Shown: positions 44,746-54,784 of the stretch, in pieces
Layout: every line of letters starts with the position of its first letter
Numbering within the stretch: position 1 is the first letter of the stretch
Source: Verrucomicrobiota bacterium
Lineage (GTDB): Bacteria; Verrucomicrobiota; Lentisphaeria; JABSQK01; JAJFLO01
Direction of reading: 5' to 3'
DNA: 64,000 nucleotides
Assembly: GCA_021772635.1 (NCBI GenBank)
Contig: JAJFLP010000109.1
Coordinates: 7,317 to 71,316, forward strand
Notes under the pieces: model-generated
Told to the model about the DNA's origin: nothing
Database searches by the model: none
The model's input: the letters and a program-made list of their open reading frames with translations, nothing else
Made by a program: the position numbers and the translations under genes

Positions 44746-45699
44746 ATGCGCGGCGGCGCGATTGGAGATTTCGTCTTTACGCTTCCGGCGATTGACGCTC
44801 TTCGACAACACTTCCCGCATGCAAAATTAAGAATTATCGGTTCACCGTCGATAGCTGCGCTTGCGAAACCCGATCAGATCGTAGATCATAACAGCGCCGC
44901 TGTTTCGGGTCTCTATTGTGGAGACAGCGATTTCCCCGAAAACACCCGTGATTTATTCGCGGACGCCGACTTGGTGATCGCTTACGCCGTCGATCCCGAC
45001 GGTGAGCTCACCGACAATCTTTGCACGCTATGTAACTGTGCGGTCTCAGTTCATGATCCGCGCATTTCGGACGGTAGCGTTATTCATATCTGCGACCATT
45101 TACTCTCTCCTATTCATGAACTCGGTATACCCGTCGCTAATCGTGATCCCCGTATTGATCAAAACTTCGGGGTCACACCTGGAAACTTCGGGGTCACACC
45201 TACGCTATTGACAGATCCGACTAGCGACTTTGTCAATAGCGTAGGTGTGACCCCGAAGTTTCCCAAGTTTATAGTGATCCACCCGGGCAGTGGGGGGCGA
45301 CACAAGTGTTGGCCGATCGAAAATTTCGTCGCGCTTTTCAGGGAGATTGAAGCCGTAGGATATCGGGTGGTTTTCGCGAGTGGACCGGCAGAAGAATCGT
45401 CGGTCAACGATTTAAGAAGGATTCTGCCAGATGACTCTACCATTTTACGACCAACCGGTATATTAGAGCTTACCGCACTAGTCGCGAGCGCCGACTTGTT
45501 CATAGGCAACGACTCTGGTCCGGGCCAGATCGCCGCGGCCGTCGGGATACGAACCTTGTTGCTTTTCGGCCCGACGGATCCAAGGATATGGGCACCACGC
45601 CACGGGCATGCGCATTATCTGCAAGCTAAATCGGGTGAAGTCGGCGATATCTCGGTTATCGAGACGCAACGACGCGTGCTTCAAATCTTAGCGGAATAG
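44746..45699 (+). CDS. Glycosyltransferase family 9 (LPS heptosyltransferase-like) carrying an in-frame palindromic insertion
   Basis: MRGGAIGDFVFTLPAIDALR N-terminus and C-terminal GNDSGPGQIAAAVG, typical of GT9. Residues NFGVTPGNFGVTPTLLTDPTSDFVNSVGVTPKFPKF are encoded by a ~100-bp imperfect palindrome. Confidence 0.65.
   Translation: MRGGAIGDFVFTLPAIDALRQHFPHAKLRIIGSPSIAALAKPDQIVDHNSAAVSGLYCGDSDFPENTRDLFADADLVIAYAVDPDGELTDNLCTLCNCAVSVHDPRISDGSVIHICDHLLSPIHELGIPVANRDPRIDQNFGVTPGNFGVTPTLLTDPTSDFVNSVGVTPKFPKFIVIHPGSGGRHKCWPIENFVALFREIEAVGYRVVFASGPAEESSVNDLRRILPDDSTILRPTGILELTALVASADLFIGNDSGPGQIAAAVGIRTLLLFGPTDPRIWAPRHGHAHYLQAKSGEVGDISVIETQRRVLQILAE
45161..45262. repeat. ~30-bp-arm palindrome plus 22-bp direct duplication embedded in-frame in the GT9 gene
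   Basis: AACTTCGGGGTCACACCTACGCTATTGACA ... TGTCAATAGCGTAGGTGTGACCCCGAAGTT, preceded by a partial direct copy AAAACTTCGGGGTCACACCTGG. Confidence 0.6.
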
Positions 45700-45889
45700 G
45701 TGTATACGGTTAGCCATTCGCATCCGGTTCCAATGTCTTAAATTGTATAACTCTACTAACTCCAGTCAGGTTTTCGCGTGAGCGATCCCGCATGCGGGAC
45801 AACCCGACACACGTCGACAAGTTCTCGAAAATCTTTGCCTACGGTGATAAGAGATCGTCGAAAATTCGACTGCTTGCAGTCTATTCCCT

Positions 45890-47614
45890 ATGCTTGATAA
45901 GCTTCGCAAATACATTGCCCCTATTTTGAGATTCGAGAACGGGTTCATTATCTGTTTTGGGGTCCTCTTTCTCTTTCTTTCGATTTATACCATCCCGAAC
46001 TATGGATTTACGTGGGACGCCACCGAATTCGTTTTGGGGGACAAGAACTTTTATTTTCTGAAGGAGCTTAATACCAGGTATCTCAATTTTACGGAAGATA
46101 ATATCGATATTTACAAACGCGATGATCACCCCGATTTTCACCGACATTGCAAGTTCTTTATGGAACGCGGATCTATCAGCTGGCCGATCGGAACGACAGC
46201 GTCAAGTTTTACGAAATTTATATTCTTCACGAAACTCGGGATTATGGATCCGATCGACGCTCATTTTCTGTCGGTTCCGCTATTTGTCGCCGCGCTCCTG
46301 GGCGTTCTATATTATTTTGTCCTAAAGAACTTCGGGATCTGGCAAGCAGTGATAGCGGTGGTTACGCTCGTGAGTTACCCCCGATTCTGGGCACACCTGC
46401 ATAATAACACAAAGGATGTGCCAAGTTGTTTCATGTTTTCGCTCGTCATTATCTTATTTTACTATGCGACGGTAAGGGATAATTATCGATGGTATCTGGC
46501 TACCGCGTTTGCCTGGGGGACCGCGCTGGCAACCAAGGCCAACGCCTACTTTCTGCCGTTCGTGTTGATCCCGTATTTTGCATACGTGTTATACTCGCGG
46601 CATCGCAACCGGGAGCGGTTGATGTCGCGCAGTGCGCTGATAGCATTATTGCTATTTCCGGTTATCGGAATCGCGACGATGTTTTTGCTTTGGCCCTATT
46701 TGGTAACTGATTTCCCGCGGCACCTGTTTATTCATCTACAGTACCTCGCGACTCGCGGGCTGGAGGGAGAGAATTCCTGGAACCTGATCCCGGTTGCATA
46801 TGCGATAACGACCATGCCGATTCCGGTTCTCGTCCTCACAATTCTCGGGTTTACGAGGATCTGCTTGACCACAATTCGAAGTAAGTGCATGGATCCGCTG
46901 CATTTGTTGTTGATGCTGTGGATCGTCGTGCCTCTGCTGAGAGTATCGATCCCGAGGGCCCGCGATTTCGATGGTATCCGACATTGGTTGGAGATTTTTC
47001 CGGCGGTGTCGGTTCTCGCCGGTATTGGCGGCGCCTACCTCATGACGGAACTCGCTATGGCCATCCGGTCTCGTTTGCCGGGGTTTCATTTACTGTTAGC
47101 ACGGACCCTGAACGTATACGTCGTACGATTATCGGTAGTGGCGCTTTACTTTTTTCCAATTACAGCGTGGAATTTTAATAACCATCCTTATGAGATCACA
47201 TTCTTTAACCGGTTAATAGGAGGTCTCGGAGGGGCACAGGAGAGAAACCTCCCAGAGGCGACTGATTACTGGGGATCGTCGTATCGTACGGGGATGCGGT
47301 GGCTAAATGAAAACGCCGAACCGGGGGCTATGCTGATGGTGGGGGTCGGCGAGCATATCGTTCACACGGTCGAAGAAATCTGGCTGCGCGACGATATCGT
47401 GAATATCCGATTACTGAAGGACCCGTATACTAATGATGTACGTCCAGAAGTAACGGACGCCGTTGCTGCTCATCCCCGGGAGGTCTTCCTGATGTATGTT
47501 ACCAGGACGGATCATTACACACCGTATGTAAAAATTTTGGACGCTAAATCGACGCCGGTCTTCGAGATCGCAGTGGACGGCGGCGTGATCTTGAAGATCT
47601 TGAAGATTAAGTGA
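45890..47614 (+). CDS. GT39/GT83-type polytopic glycosyltransferase (ArnT/PMT-like)
   Basis: 574 aa with about 11 TM helices, N-terminal loop with conserved DxxEF-like motif (TWDATEF) and a large C-terminal periplasmic domain. Confidence 0.6.
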   Translation: MLDKLRKYIAPILRFENGFIICFGVLFLFLSIYTIPNYGFTWDATEFVLGDKNFYFLKELNTRYLNFTEDNIDIYKRDDHPDFHRHCKFFMERGSISWPIGTTASSFTKFIFFTKLGIMDPIDAHFLSVPLFVAALLGVLYYFVLKNFGIWQAVIAVVTLVSYPRFWAHLHNNTKDVPSCFMFSLVIILFYYATVRDNYRWYLATAFAWGTALATKANAYFLPFVLIPYFAYVLYSRHRNRERLMSRSALIALLLFPVIGIATMFLLWPYLVTDFPRHLFIHLQYLATRGLEGENSWNLIPVAYAITTMPIPVLVLTILGFTRICLTTIRSKCMDPLHLLLMLWIVVPLLRVSIPRARDFDGIRHWLEIFPAVSVLAGIGGAYLMTELAMAIRSRLPGFHLLLARTLNVYVVRLSVVALYFFPITAWNFNNHPYEITFFNRLIGGLGGAQERNLPEATDYWGSSYRTGMRWLNENAEPGAMLMVGVGEHIVHTVEEIWLRDDIVNIRLLKDPYTNDVRPEVTDAVAAHPREVFLMYVTRTDHYTPYVKILDAKSTPVFEIAVDGGVILKILKIK

Positions 47615-47923
47615 AGAGATTTGCGATTTTAGAATTGCGATTTTCGATTGAAAATTCAGAAACAAAGATCGGATGCCCTACAATTCGGCCACGCCAACGT
47701 ATACCCAATGAGTCGGGATTTCGAAATGTTGTTCGGAATCCCTTGAGTGGTTAATCTAAAACCTGCCAAAAATTCAATTGCTTGCAGTTTATACCGCAAG
47801 CGGTACAATTTTTGGACGACATCAAAATGGTTGAGTAAGAGACTCCGGACGAGTTTTCGTCCCGCATGCGGGACCGAGATTGTTGGTATAATTAGGCGAA
47901 AGATTGCAAAAGTGATAAGCCCA

Positions 47924-48310
47924 TTAGCGCAGTGTTTGGACGCCGTATTCCGAAAATCGGTCGTCAGCCGTAATAATGGTTAGATTTCGTTGCATCGCTG
48001 TCGCAATTATAAATCGGTCACATGGATCTTTGTGGATATACGGTAACTTTGTAGATGAAATTGCGATTTTTGAATCTACAGGAATTTCGGTAAGATCATG
48101 AAACTCCAATACTTCGATATACCACTTATCCGGATCACAGGGTAATCCAATTCCGCCCTTCGCGTATTTATGCGCAATTTCGAACGCTGAAATTGAGGAA
48201 ACAAATACTATCTGCGCATTGTCGACTAGTTGTAGCGTATCCTTCGTCAATTTTCCTCCCCCGCGTGACAACCAAATCAGTGAACAGGTGTCTAGAAGGA
48301 AATTATTCAA
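47924..48310 (-). CDS. PIN-domain toxin VapC
   Basis: MNNFLLDTCSLIWL...DRFIIATAM...TADDRF. Confidence 0.75.
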   Translation of the reverse strand: MNNFLLDTCSLIWLSRGGGKLTKDTLQLVDNAQIVFVSSISAFEIAHKYAKGGIGLPCDPDKWYIEVLEFHDLTEIPVDSKIAISSTKLPYIHKDPCDRFIIATAMQRNLTIITADDRFSEYGVQTLR

Positions 48311-48542
48311 GTTCCCACTCCTCGTCCGTCATTGGTTCCGTTAAATCACAGTGAATTTTTACTTGACTCAGAAACGGATCTTTATTGACACGGCTTCGTT
48401 TCTTGTGGGGGATGAGATCAGCGATGGCTTTGCCGTTTCGACATATTACGTAAGTCTCGTTTCCTGACTCTACCTTGCTCAGTATCGATGACAAATTGGT
48501 CTTTGCTTGATGAATGTTGATGGGCAGCATGACGGCCTCCAT
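48303..48542 (-). CDS. Phd/YefM-type antitoxin
   Basis: LPINIHQAKTNLSSILSKVESGNETYVICRNGKAIADLIP; overlaps VapC by 8 bp. Confidence 0.55.
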   Translation of the reverse strand: MEAVMLPINIHQAKTNLSSILSKVESGNETYVICRNGKAIADLIPHKKRSRVNKDPFLSQVKIHCDLTEPMTDEEWELE

Positions 48543-48610
48543 AATAATGGGTTTAATAGACTTAGTTTACTTAGTTTAATATGGTTATCAAGCGCGACGG
48601 GTAGAACTCT

Positions 48611-51004
48611 TTAATCGAAATCAAGAACAACCTTTCCGTCGACGATTTTTAGCGCTGCCGTAAAGGCATTCCCGCTTTTGGATTTGAACCCTTTTAGAGT
48701 TGCAGTTCGACCTTTCGCAAGGAGCGTTTTCGCGTGTGATTTGGTAATACTTTTACCCGCTGTTTTTCGCCAAATCGTAAACGCGCAGCCTTGTTTCCAA
48801 TTGGAACATCTGAATGATTTTTTTTGAGGAACGACCTGACTCTTGCATAGCGGGCAGGTTCCAACCGGGCTATCGCCGGCTTTATGCGAAGTAGTAGAAT
48901 TTCGGGGTTTCGACGATGTCCGTGTCTCCGCGGGTTCAGCCGGAATCTCCATTACTTGTCCACTCGCGGACAAGTATAACAAGACTTCCATCCCGCGCGT
49001 TTGATCAAGTATAACACGATCCAGGAGTCGCCGGAGTTGTAATAGTTCGCGGATTTGTTGACCGCTTAGCAAATACCCTTTATAATCTGGCCAGATTACA
49101 AATTTGCAGCCACCTTTCCAGCCTGAGCATCCGTATCCTTTCTTCCCTTTTATGACGTCGTCGCCGCATAGCGGACATGCTCCGAACTTGGATTCATCGA
49201 CATTTACCCGGCCGCTGCTGACGATGATCTGGTTCGTAAACTGTTTTATCTCATCCATGAACCGTTCCGGAGCGAGTACACCACTCTCTATTTTCTTCAG
49301 CTTCTGCTCCCACTCGCCGGTCATTTCAGGCGATCTAAGAATGTTTTCCCCCAGCAACGAAATCAGACGGCGACCTGTGGTCGTGGCCGTTAGTGTTTTT
49401 CGATTGCGTTCTATATATTGGCGCGCGATCAGTAACTCGATCGTAGCGGCGCGGGTCGCTGGTGTACCGAGTCCTTTCTCCTTCAGTGCTTCGCGTAACG
49501 CTTCTTCCTCCACAAATCTTCCGGCGGTTTCCATTGACGCCAGAAGTGTATTCTCTGTATAATGCTTTGGCGGTTTCGTTTCACATTCCTTGAGAAACGG
49601 TTCGTGTGGGCCAGTTTCGTTAACGACGAAGTTCGGCAATATTTGTTCATTCGGTTCCACGGTTCCAGCCCGCGATGAAGCCAAAGCCGTTTCTGTTTGC
49701 GGTTTCACCGGCCTTGAAGGGTATAATGACGTCCATCCGGCAGACTCAATCACGGTCCCCTTAGCCTGGAACGGGACAGCGTTACTGACGCCATTAACTG
49801 TCGTGATTTTCTTAACACAGGGCGGATAGAATGCGGCGATTAGGCGCGTGAGGATCGCGTCGAAGACCTTCATCATGGATGGATCCACAGCCGCGGGAAA
49901 CTTTCCTGTTGGGATAATTGCGTGATGATCGGTTACTTTCCGGTCATTCAGTATTCTCGGGGAAAACGACAAATGCTGTAGGTCTAACATGCCTATCTCT
50001 TCGGATTTAACCGATTGCAGACCGCCGAGAACTTTAGGGACCACTGATTTCATATCACTGCTTAGGTACCGTGAATCCGTTCGCGGGTACGTGATTAACT
50101 TTTTTTCATAGAGACTTTGTGCTGTTTTAAGTGTGGACGCCGCCGAATAGCCGTAACGGCGGTTCATATCGCGTTGTAAATCAGTGAGATCGTAAAGTAG
50201 TGGCGGTTTAGACACCTCTTCTTTAGCCGAAATTGCGGCGATCTTAAACGGCTTGGCAACAACCTTTTTCAACAGCTGATCCGCGTCTTTCTGTTCGTAG
50301 AACCGATCGCCGGTGAACTTGAATCGGACTTTTCTATAGAGCGTGGAGAGGTCCCAGAATTTTCTCGCGTTGAACCCCCGGATTTCGTCATCGCGTGTTA
50401 CGATCATGCAAAGTACGGGGGTTTGAACTCGACCTACGCTCCATAATTGGCGGTGTTTCCCGAATCGAATGGTATAACATCGTGTCGCGTTTAGCCCCAC
50501 AACCCAATCAGCCTGACTCCGACATCGAGCGGCTTCGTAGAGATTGTCGAAGTCAGCTCCGGGCCGTAGCGTATCGAACGCTTTCCTGATTGCTTCCGTG
50601 GTCAACGAACTTAGCCATAGTCGAAAGAACGGTTTTTGCTCTACGCCGCTGAGCTTTTGTATGTATCTGAAGATCAGTTCGCCTTCACGCCCGGCGTCTG
50701 TGGCGCAGATCAACTGGGTAGCTGAACGGAATAGATTTTTTATTATGCGAAACTGTTTTCTGGAATTTTTATTATTAATAACCTTGAGGTCAAACGTTCT
50801 CGGATAAAAAGGTAAGGAATCCAGGCTCCAACGCTTTAAATTGGTGTCATAGTCCTCAAAGTCATGGAGCGTGACCAAATGCCCGTAGGCCCATGTTATT
50901 TGGTGGTCATTCCCTTCGTAGTACCCGTCATGTTTCTTGTGAGCGTGCAGAAACGCTGCTATATCGCGCGCAACTGACGGTTTTTCGGTCAAAATAACTT
51001 TCAT
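48611..51004 (-). CDS. topB: DNA topoisomerase III
   Basis: TOPRIM N-terminus MKVILTEKPSVARDIAAFL, active-site Tyr region, and two C-terminal C4 zinc ribbons (CPLCG...C). Confidence 0.85.
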   Translation of the reverse strand: MKVILTEKPSVARDIAAFLHAHKKHDGYYEGNDHQITWAYGHLVTLHDFEDYDTNLKRWSLDSLPFYPRTFDLKVINNKNSRKQFRIIKNLFRSATQLICATDAGREGELIFRYIQKLSGVEQKPFFRLWLSSLTTEAIRKAFDTLRPGADFDNLYEAARCRSQADWVVGLNATRCYTIRFGKHRQLWSVGRVQTPVLCMIVTRDDEIRGFNARKFWDLSTLYRKVRFKFTGDRFYEQKDADQLLKKVVAKPFKIAAISAKEEVSKPPLLYDLTDLQRDMNRRYGYSAASTLKTAQSLYEKKLITYPRTDSRYLSSDMKSVVPKVLGGLQSVKSEEIGMLDLQHLSFSPRILNDRKVTDHHAIIPTGKFPAAVDPSMMKVFDAILTRLIAAFYPPCVKKITTVNGVSNAVPFQAKGTVIESAGWTSLYPSRPVKPQTETALASSRAGTVEPNEQILPNFVVNETGPHEPFLKECETKPPKHYTENTLLASMETAGRFVEEEALREALKEKGLGTPATRAATIELLIARQYIERNRKTLTATTTGRRLISLLGENILRSPEMTGEWEQKLKKIESGVLAPERFMDEIKQFTNQIIVSSGRVNVDESKFGACPLCGDDVIKGKKGYGCSGWKGGCKFVIWPDYKGYLLSGQQIRELLQLRRLLDRVILDQTRGMEVLLYLSASGQVMEIPAEPAETRTSSKPRNSTTSHKAGDSPVGTCPLCKSQVVPQKKSFRCSNWKQGCAFTIWRKTAGKSITKSHAKTLLAKGRTATLKGFKSKSGNAFTAALKIVDGKVVLDFD

Positions 51005-51236
51005 AATAGTCTGCGATCCGTGGTGTGTAGGGATGATCGGCGTGTTGTTAACTTGCAGTCTAACTTAATACCGATTCCGGACAAGTCAGTGCCACGTTAG
51101 CGCGTATTTGATTTTTGCCTTAGACAGTATAGATTTTTTGCCGCGATCTAATCGACGAAATAATGGAATTCGGCGATATATCTGGGGGGCGGAACTGTGT
51201 TTTTTCGACCTGGTGTCGAATCATAGAGGGAAGTTG

Positions 51237-52160
51237 ATGGACAAACCACCATATGTTTTATTGGCTCAGCTGGAGAACCAGCTTATCCGGAAAAAGATAT
51301 CCCTGGAAGATTACAAAGATCAGAAGTTTGAGATTCTTCTACAGATAAAGGCTGCCGGCGAAACAATCATTCCACCGACGTTTCGAGACAAGCACAGTCG
51401 AGAAATCACCGACTCTCAAAGGTCCCCGTTTTGCTATATCCCATCCAGCCCATTTATCTTTGGTGAAGAGGACGCGTACGGCGAGGTTGGTTTTGGTATT
51501 TACATGGGGAAATATCCGGTGACAGTTCGCGAATTCTTGAACTTCGTGGAAGAGTCCGGATGGGATTATCCGGAAGAAGACGAAGAGAGAATGTGGGAAC
51601 TTTGTCCCGAAGAGCGGTGCCCGGTTAGTAACGTTAGCTGGCTTGATGCGAAACAATATTGCCGGTGGCTGAGAGAGAAAACTGGCGAGTACTACAGTTT
51701 ACCGAACGAAGAAGAGTGGGAATACGCTTCGAGAGGTATCGATGGTCGTATGTATCCTTGGGGCAACCAGCCGCCCGCCGCTGATTCCGGCTGTTTTCAG
51801 GGGTTCCACGAGTACCACAGCACGGTGCCTGTGGGGAGTTATCCGGGTAACGCGAGTCCTTTCGGCTGTCTGGATATGGTGGGGAACGTGTGGGAGTGGT
51901 GCGTGGATGAGTTCGACGAGCCCGAAGAATGCCGGATACTGCGCGGTGGATCCTGGTGCGACACGGCCGACTCCGCAACCTGTATTTCACGGATCAGCAG
52001 CCAACCATTGGACCTACGCGTCGATTTCGGCGGGTTTCGGGTACTTTATCTCACGGAGAAAATGTTCGCGGAATACCTTGAGACAACGGAAGATAGCGGG
52101 GAAGCCGAAGTTGAGAGCACCGGGTTGAAAAAAATCGCTGACGCCCCACTAGAGGAGTAG
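51237..52160 (+). CDS. FGE-sulfatase-domain (SUMF1-fold) protein with non-canonical Cys spacing
   Basis: YRWLREKTGEYYSLPNEEEWEYASRG, GNVWEWC, RGGSW motifs of the FGE fold. The Cys pair is C-x7-C (WCDTADSATC) rather than the C-x4-C of true FGEs. Start taken at MDKPPYVLL with GAGGGAAG SD. Confidence 0.65.
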   Translation: MDKPPYVLLAQLENQLIRKKISLEDYKDQKFEILLQIKAAGETIIPPTFRDKHSREITDSQRSPFCYIPSSPFIFGEEDAYGEVGFGIYMGKYPVTVREFLNFVEESGWDYPEEDEERMWELCPEERCPVSNVSWLDAKQYCRWLREKTGEYYSLPNEEEWEYASRGIDGRMYPWGNQPPAADSGCFQGFHEYHSTVPVGSYPGNASPFGCLDMVGNVWEWCVDEFDEPEECRILRGGSWCDTADSATCISRISSQPLDLRVDFGGFRVLYLTEKMFAEYLETTEDSGEAEVESTGLKKIADAPLEE

Positions 52161-52239
52161 GCTTCGGACGATATTATTTACCTGGGATGGTTCCTGTCGG
52201 ACAGCAGAGGGACTAACCCAAAACTCACTCTGCGTCTGG

Positions 52240-54216
52240 CTAATCGTCCGCAAACCCTTCTTCTCCTCCATTCGCTGCATTCGACGTCAACGTAGCTCCC
52301 GGTTTCTCCTGCAGGTGTTGAAGAATCTGTTCAAATATCGCGATCGTGTCTTCTGGCATCAGGCAGCTGCTAAACTCTTCGGGTTGGTAAGGTTCTATCG
52401 CTTCCAGATCTGCCGGATTCTCGCCCTGGGGCTCCAGTCCGTGACTAACGACAAACTCATGCGGGTTCGCGAACAGCGAAATGTTCGGGGTGTCCTCGAA
52501 TTGTGCCTCAACATTCAATTCTACCCGCAGATACGCTAAGAACTGGCAATACAACGTAATATCCGGTATGTACAGGCGATCTTCGTCGAAAGCGCTGATT
52601 AACCCGGATTCATTGACTTTTGCGATGGTTTCGGCTACCCGTTCGATCGCGATAGACAAGTTCACGGCTATTTCACGAATCGTTTTCTCTACGTCCAATG
52701 TGATAGAGTATCGCGTATTCTCGGCATCGCGAGCCGGGCGGCCCCAACAGAGATAGGTAGTTAGAAGTTGGGACAGAACATGGTATGCGCAATTGGTGTT
52801 TATGAGCGGGTGCACGTTTGCGTTTGTCGCCCGGAGTCGATCGACGAGTGCTGTCACCACATTTCCCATCCACGGCGGCAGTTTGTCCAGTCCGCGTCTG
52901 ACTAGGTCCTCGGTTATGACGACCACCTGCGTTTCCGTAATCGCCCGTACCGAGGCGGACCGGGGCGCGTCAGAGATCATCGCCATTTCTCCGATACAAT
53001 CGCCGTCTCTTAAATTAATCAGGGGTACAGGGTTCCCGTCAACTATCTTAAAGACTTCCACTTCACCGGTGATGATCACGTAGGCTTGATTGCCTAGGTC
53101 ACCTTCTTCCATCAGGAGATCACCGGGCTTGAAAAAAAGTTGTTCTGACGCGGTCCGTCCCTCGAGCAGATCATCGATGTCCTCATTCAGTTCATTGACC
53201 GTTTGGTACCGGTCATCCCGGTCGTATGCCATCGCCCTCATGATAATGCGGCAGAGCTCGGCCGGTAAACCCCGCTGCGGCGCGCGATCCTGCGGATGCT
53301 CGAAATCCCCGGTTTGCGCGGCCTCGACGATATCGACGACGTCGTCGCCGCAGTAAGGAGCCGTTAACGTAGCCATCGCGTACAAGGTTGCCCCAAGCAG
53401 AAAAATATCGCTTCGCTGATCCACTGATTCCGCATCGCCCTGCGCCATTTCCGGCGGCATGAACGCCGGTGTTCCTTTGATGTCTCCGTATCGGGTGGCG
53501 GTGCGATCACTTATCGTTTCAGCTAGCGGATCGATTTCTGCGACCTGAGACTCAGAAAGGTCAATTTCAGGTTCGGGATCGCCTAGCCGACGAGCCAAAC
53601 CCCAGTCGACGACGAGCACCTCGCCGTAGTTCCCGATCATAATATTTTCTGGTTTAAGATCCCGATGAATAATGTCTTTGGAATGTGCGTACGCCATGGC
53701 ATCACAAACCTTTCGGAAAATAGTAAGAAGTGAATAGATGGAGTACTTTTCGTGGTAGTTCTCCACCGAGTCTCGAATCTTCTTTAGTATGCTGTTCAGC
53801 GCCTCTCCCTCGATATATTTCATCGAGAAATACAACTTCTCTTCCTTCTCCAATACCCCTAGATCGTGGACAGGAATAATATTCGGATGTTCGAGCTGAC
53901 CTGTAATGCGCGCCTCGTCGATGAAGTTGATAAACATCTGACGACTTTCCATGATGTGCGGCAGCATTACCTTCATCACGGTCATGCGCTTTAGATCACG
54001 ATCGAAAACGCGGAGTATCGCGCCCATTGCACCCTGAGCGATTTGTTCCCTGACGATGTATTTCTCGCTGGCGCTGTTACGGAGTATGAGCTTCCTACAT
54101 GCCTGGGTAGGATCGAAATCCTCCTCGATTGGAAAGATGGACTCTACGACTTGACTAGATGTTTTGGGTTCCACATCATCGTTAATCATAGATTGATTGA
54201 GCTCATCCGTACTCAT
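52240..54216 (-). CDS. Hanks-type Ser/Thr protein kinase fused to a cyclic-nucleotide-binding domain
   Basis: Kinase subdomains GAMGAILRV, HRDLKPENIMI, DWGLAR, GTPAFMPPE. cNMP-binding FFKPGDLLMEEGDLGNQAYVIITGEVEV...GEMAMI...RSASVRA. ~200-aa unassigned C-terminus. Confidence 0.8.
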   Translation of the reverse strand: MSTDELNQSMINDDVEPKTSSQVVESIFPIEEDFDPTQACRKLILRNSASEKYIVREQIAQGAMGAILRVFDRDLKRMTVMKVMLPHIMESRQMFINFIDEARITGQLEHPNIIPVHDLGVLEKEEKLYFSMKYIEGEALNSILKKIRDSVENYHEKYSIYSLLTIFRKVCDAMAYAHSKDIIHRDLKPENIMIGNYGEVLVVDWGLARRLGDPEPEIDLSESQVAEIDPLAETISDRTATRYGDIKGTPAFMPPEMAQGDAESVDQRSDIFLLGATLYAMATLTAPYCGDDVVDIVEAAQTGDFEHPQDRAPQRGLPAELCRIIMRAMAYDRDDRYQTVNELNEDIDDLLEGRTASEQLFFKPGDLLMEEGDLGNQAYVIITGEVEVFKIVDGNPVPLINLRDGDCIGEMAMISDAPRSASVRAITETQVVVITEDLVRRGLDKLPPWMGNVVTALVDRLRATNANVHPLINTNCAYHVLSQLLTTYLCWGRPARDAENTRYSITLDVEKTIREIAVNLSIAIERVAETIAKVNESGLISAFDEDRLYIPDITLYCQFLAYLRVELNVEAQFEDTPNISLFANPHEFVVSHGLEPQGENPADLEAIEPYQPEEFSSCLMPEDTIAIFEQILQHLQEKPGATLTSNAANGGEEGFADD

Positions 54217-54413
54217 TTATTTCTCCTGTAACCGATCGCTGACGGTGTCGTGCTGGCCAGTCGAAAGGTAGCCGCCGTTGGGCGATGGGCAACGTTCTGC
54301 TTTCTTGGTAACTGAAAACTGCAGTCATTCTGGAGTTTCCAGGGTAGAATCCGATTCGAGAGGAGGGTTGAACCTGTATTCCGGCTAACCAGGTAGACAT
54401 TGCCACCGGTAAT

Positions 54414-54595
54414 CTAGCCTGAATAATTCACCAGTATTCTGCTACGAACTCTAATCTCTGCTCAAATAAGCCGATTAGCTCAACTTTACATCTCAGTGAA
54501 TGAATATTCACTTTCGCCGTCAAGTTTTCTCTAATCGATTTATTATGAGCGAGTTAAGCGTTCTCGCGACGAATCGCATGAATTAATCAGGCTAG
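54414..54595. mobile_element. ~185-bp MITE-like element, copy 3 (more diverged)
   Basis: Same TIRs (CTAGCCTGAATAATTCAC / ATGAATTAATCAGGCTAG) and internal GTGAATGAATATTCAC palindrome. Confidence 0.5.
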
Positions 54596-54784
54596 TGAGT
54601 CGGTGGCAGGAGATGCCTAAAATCATTCGTTTCGCCGGGCCTACTCGCAGGCCAACTACCATTTTACTTCGGTGGCATCACTTGATCCATAGCTGCACGG
54701 GTATATTGTAACGATCACTCGGCGCGCGTCAATCGCCTCATGCCGGGGGGAAGGGCTAATCCTAAATCAAAATGGGAGGCACGT

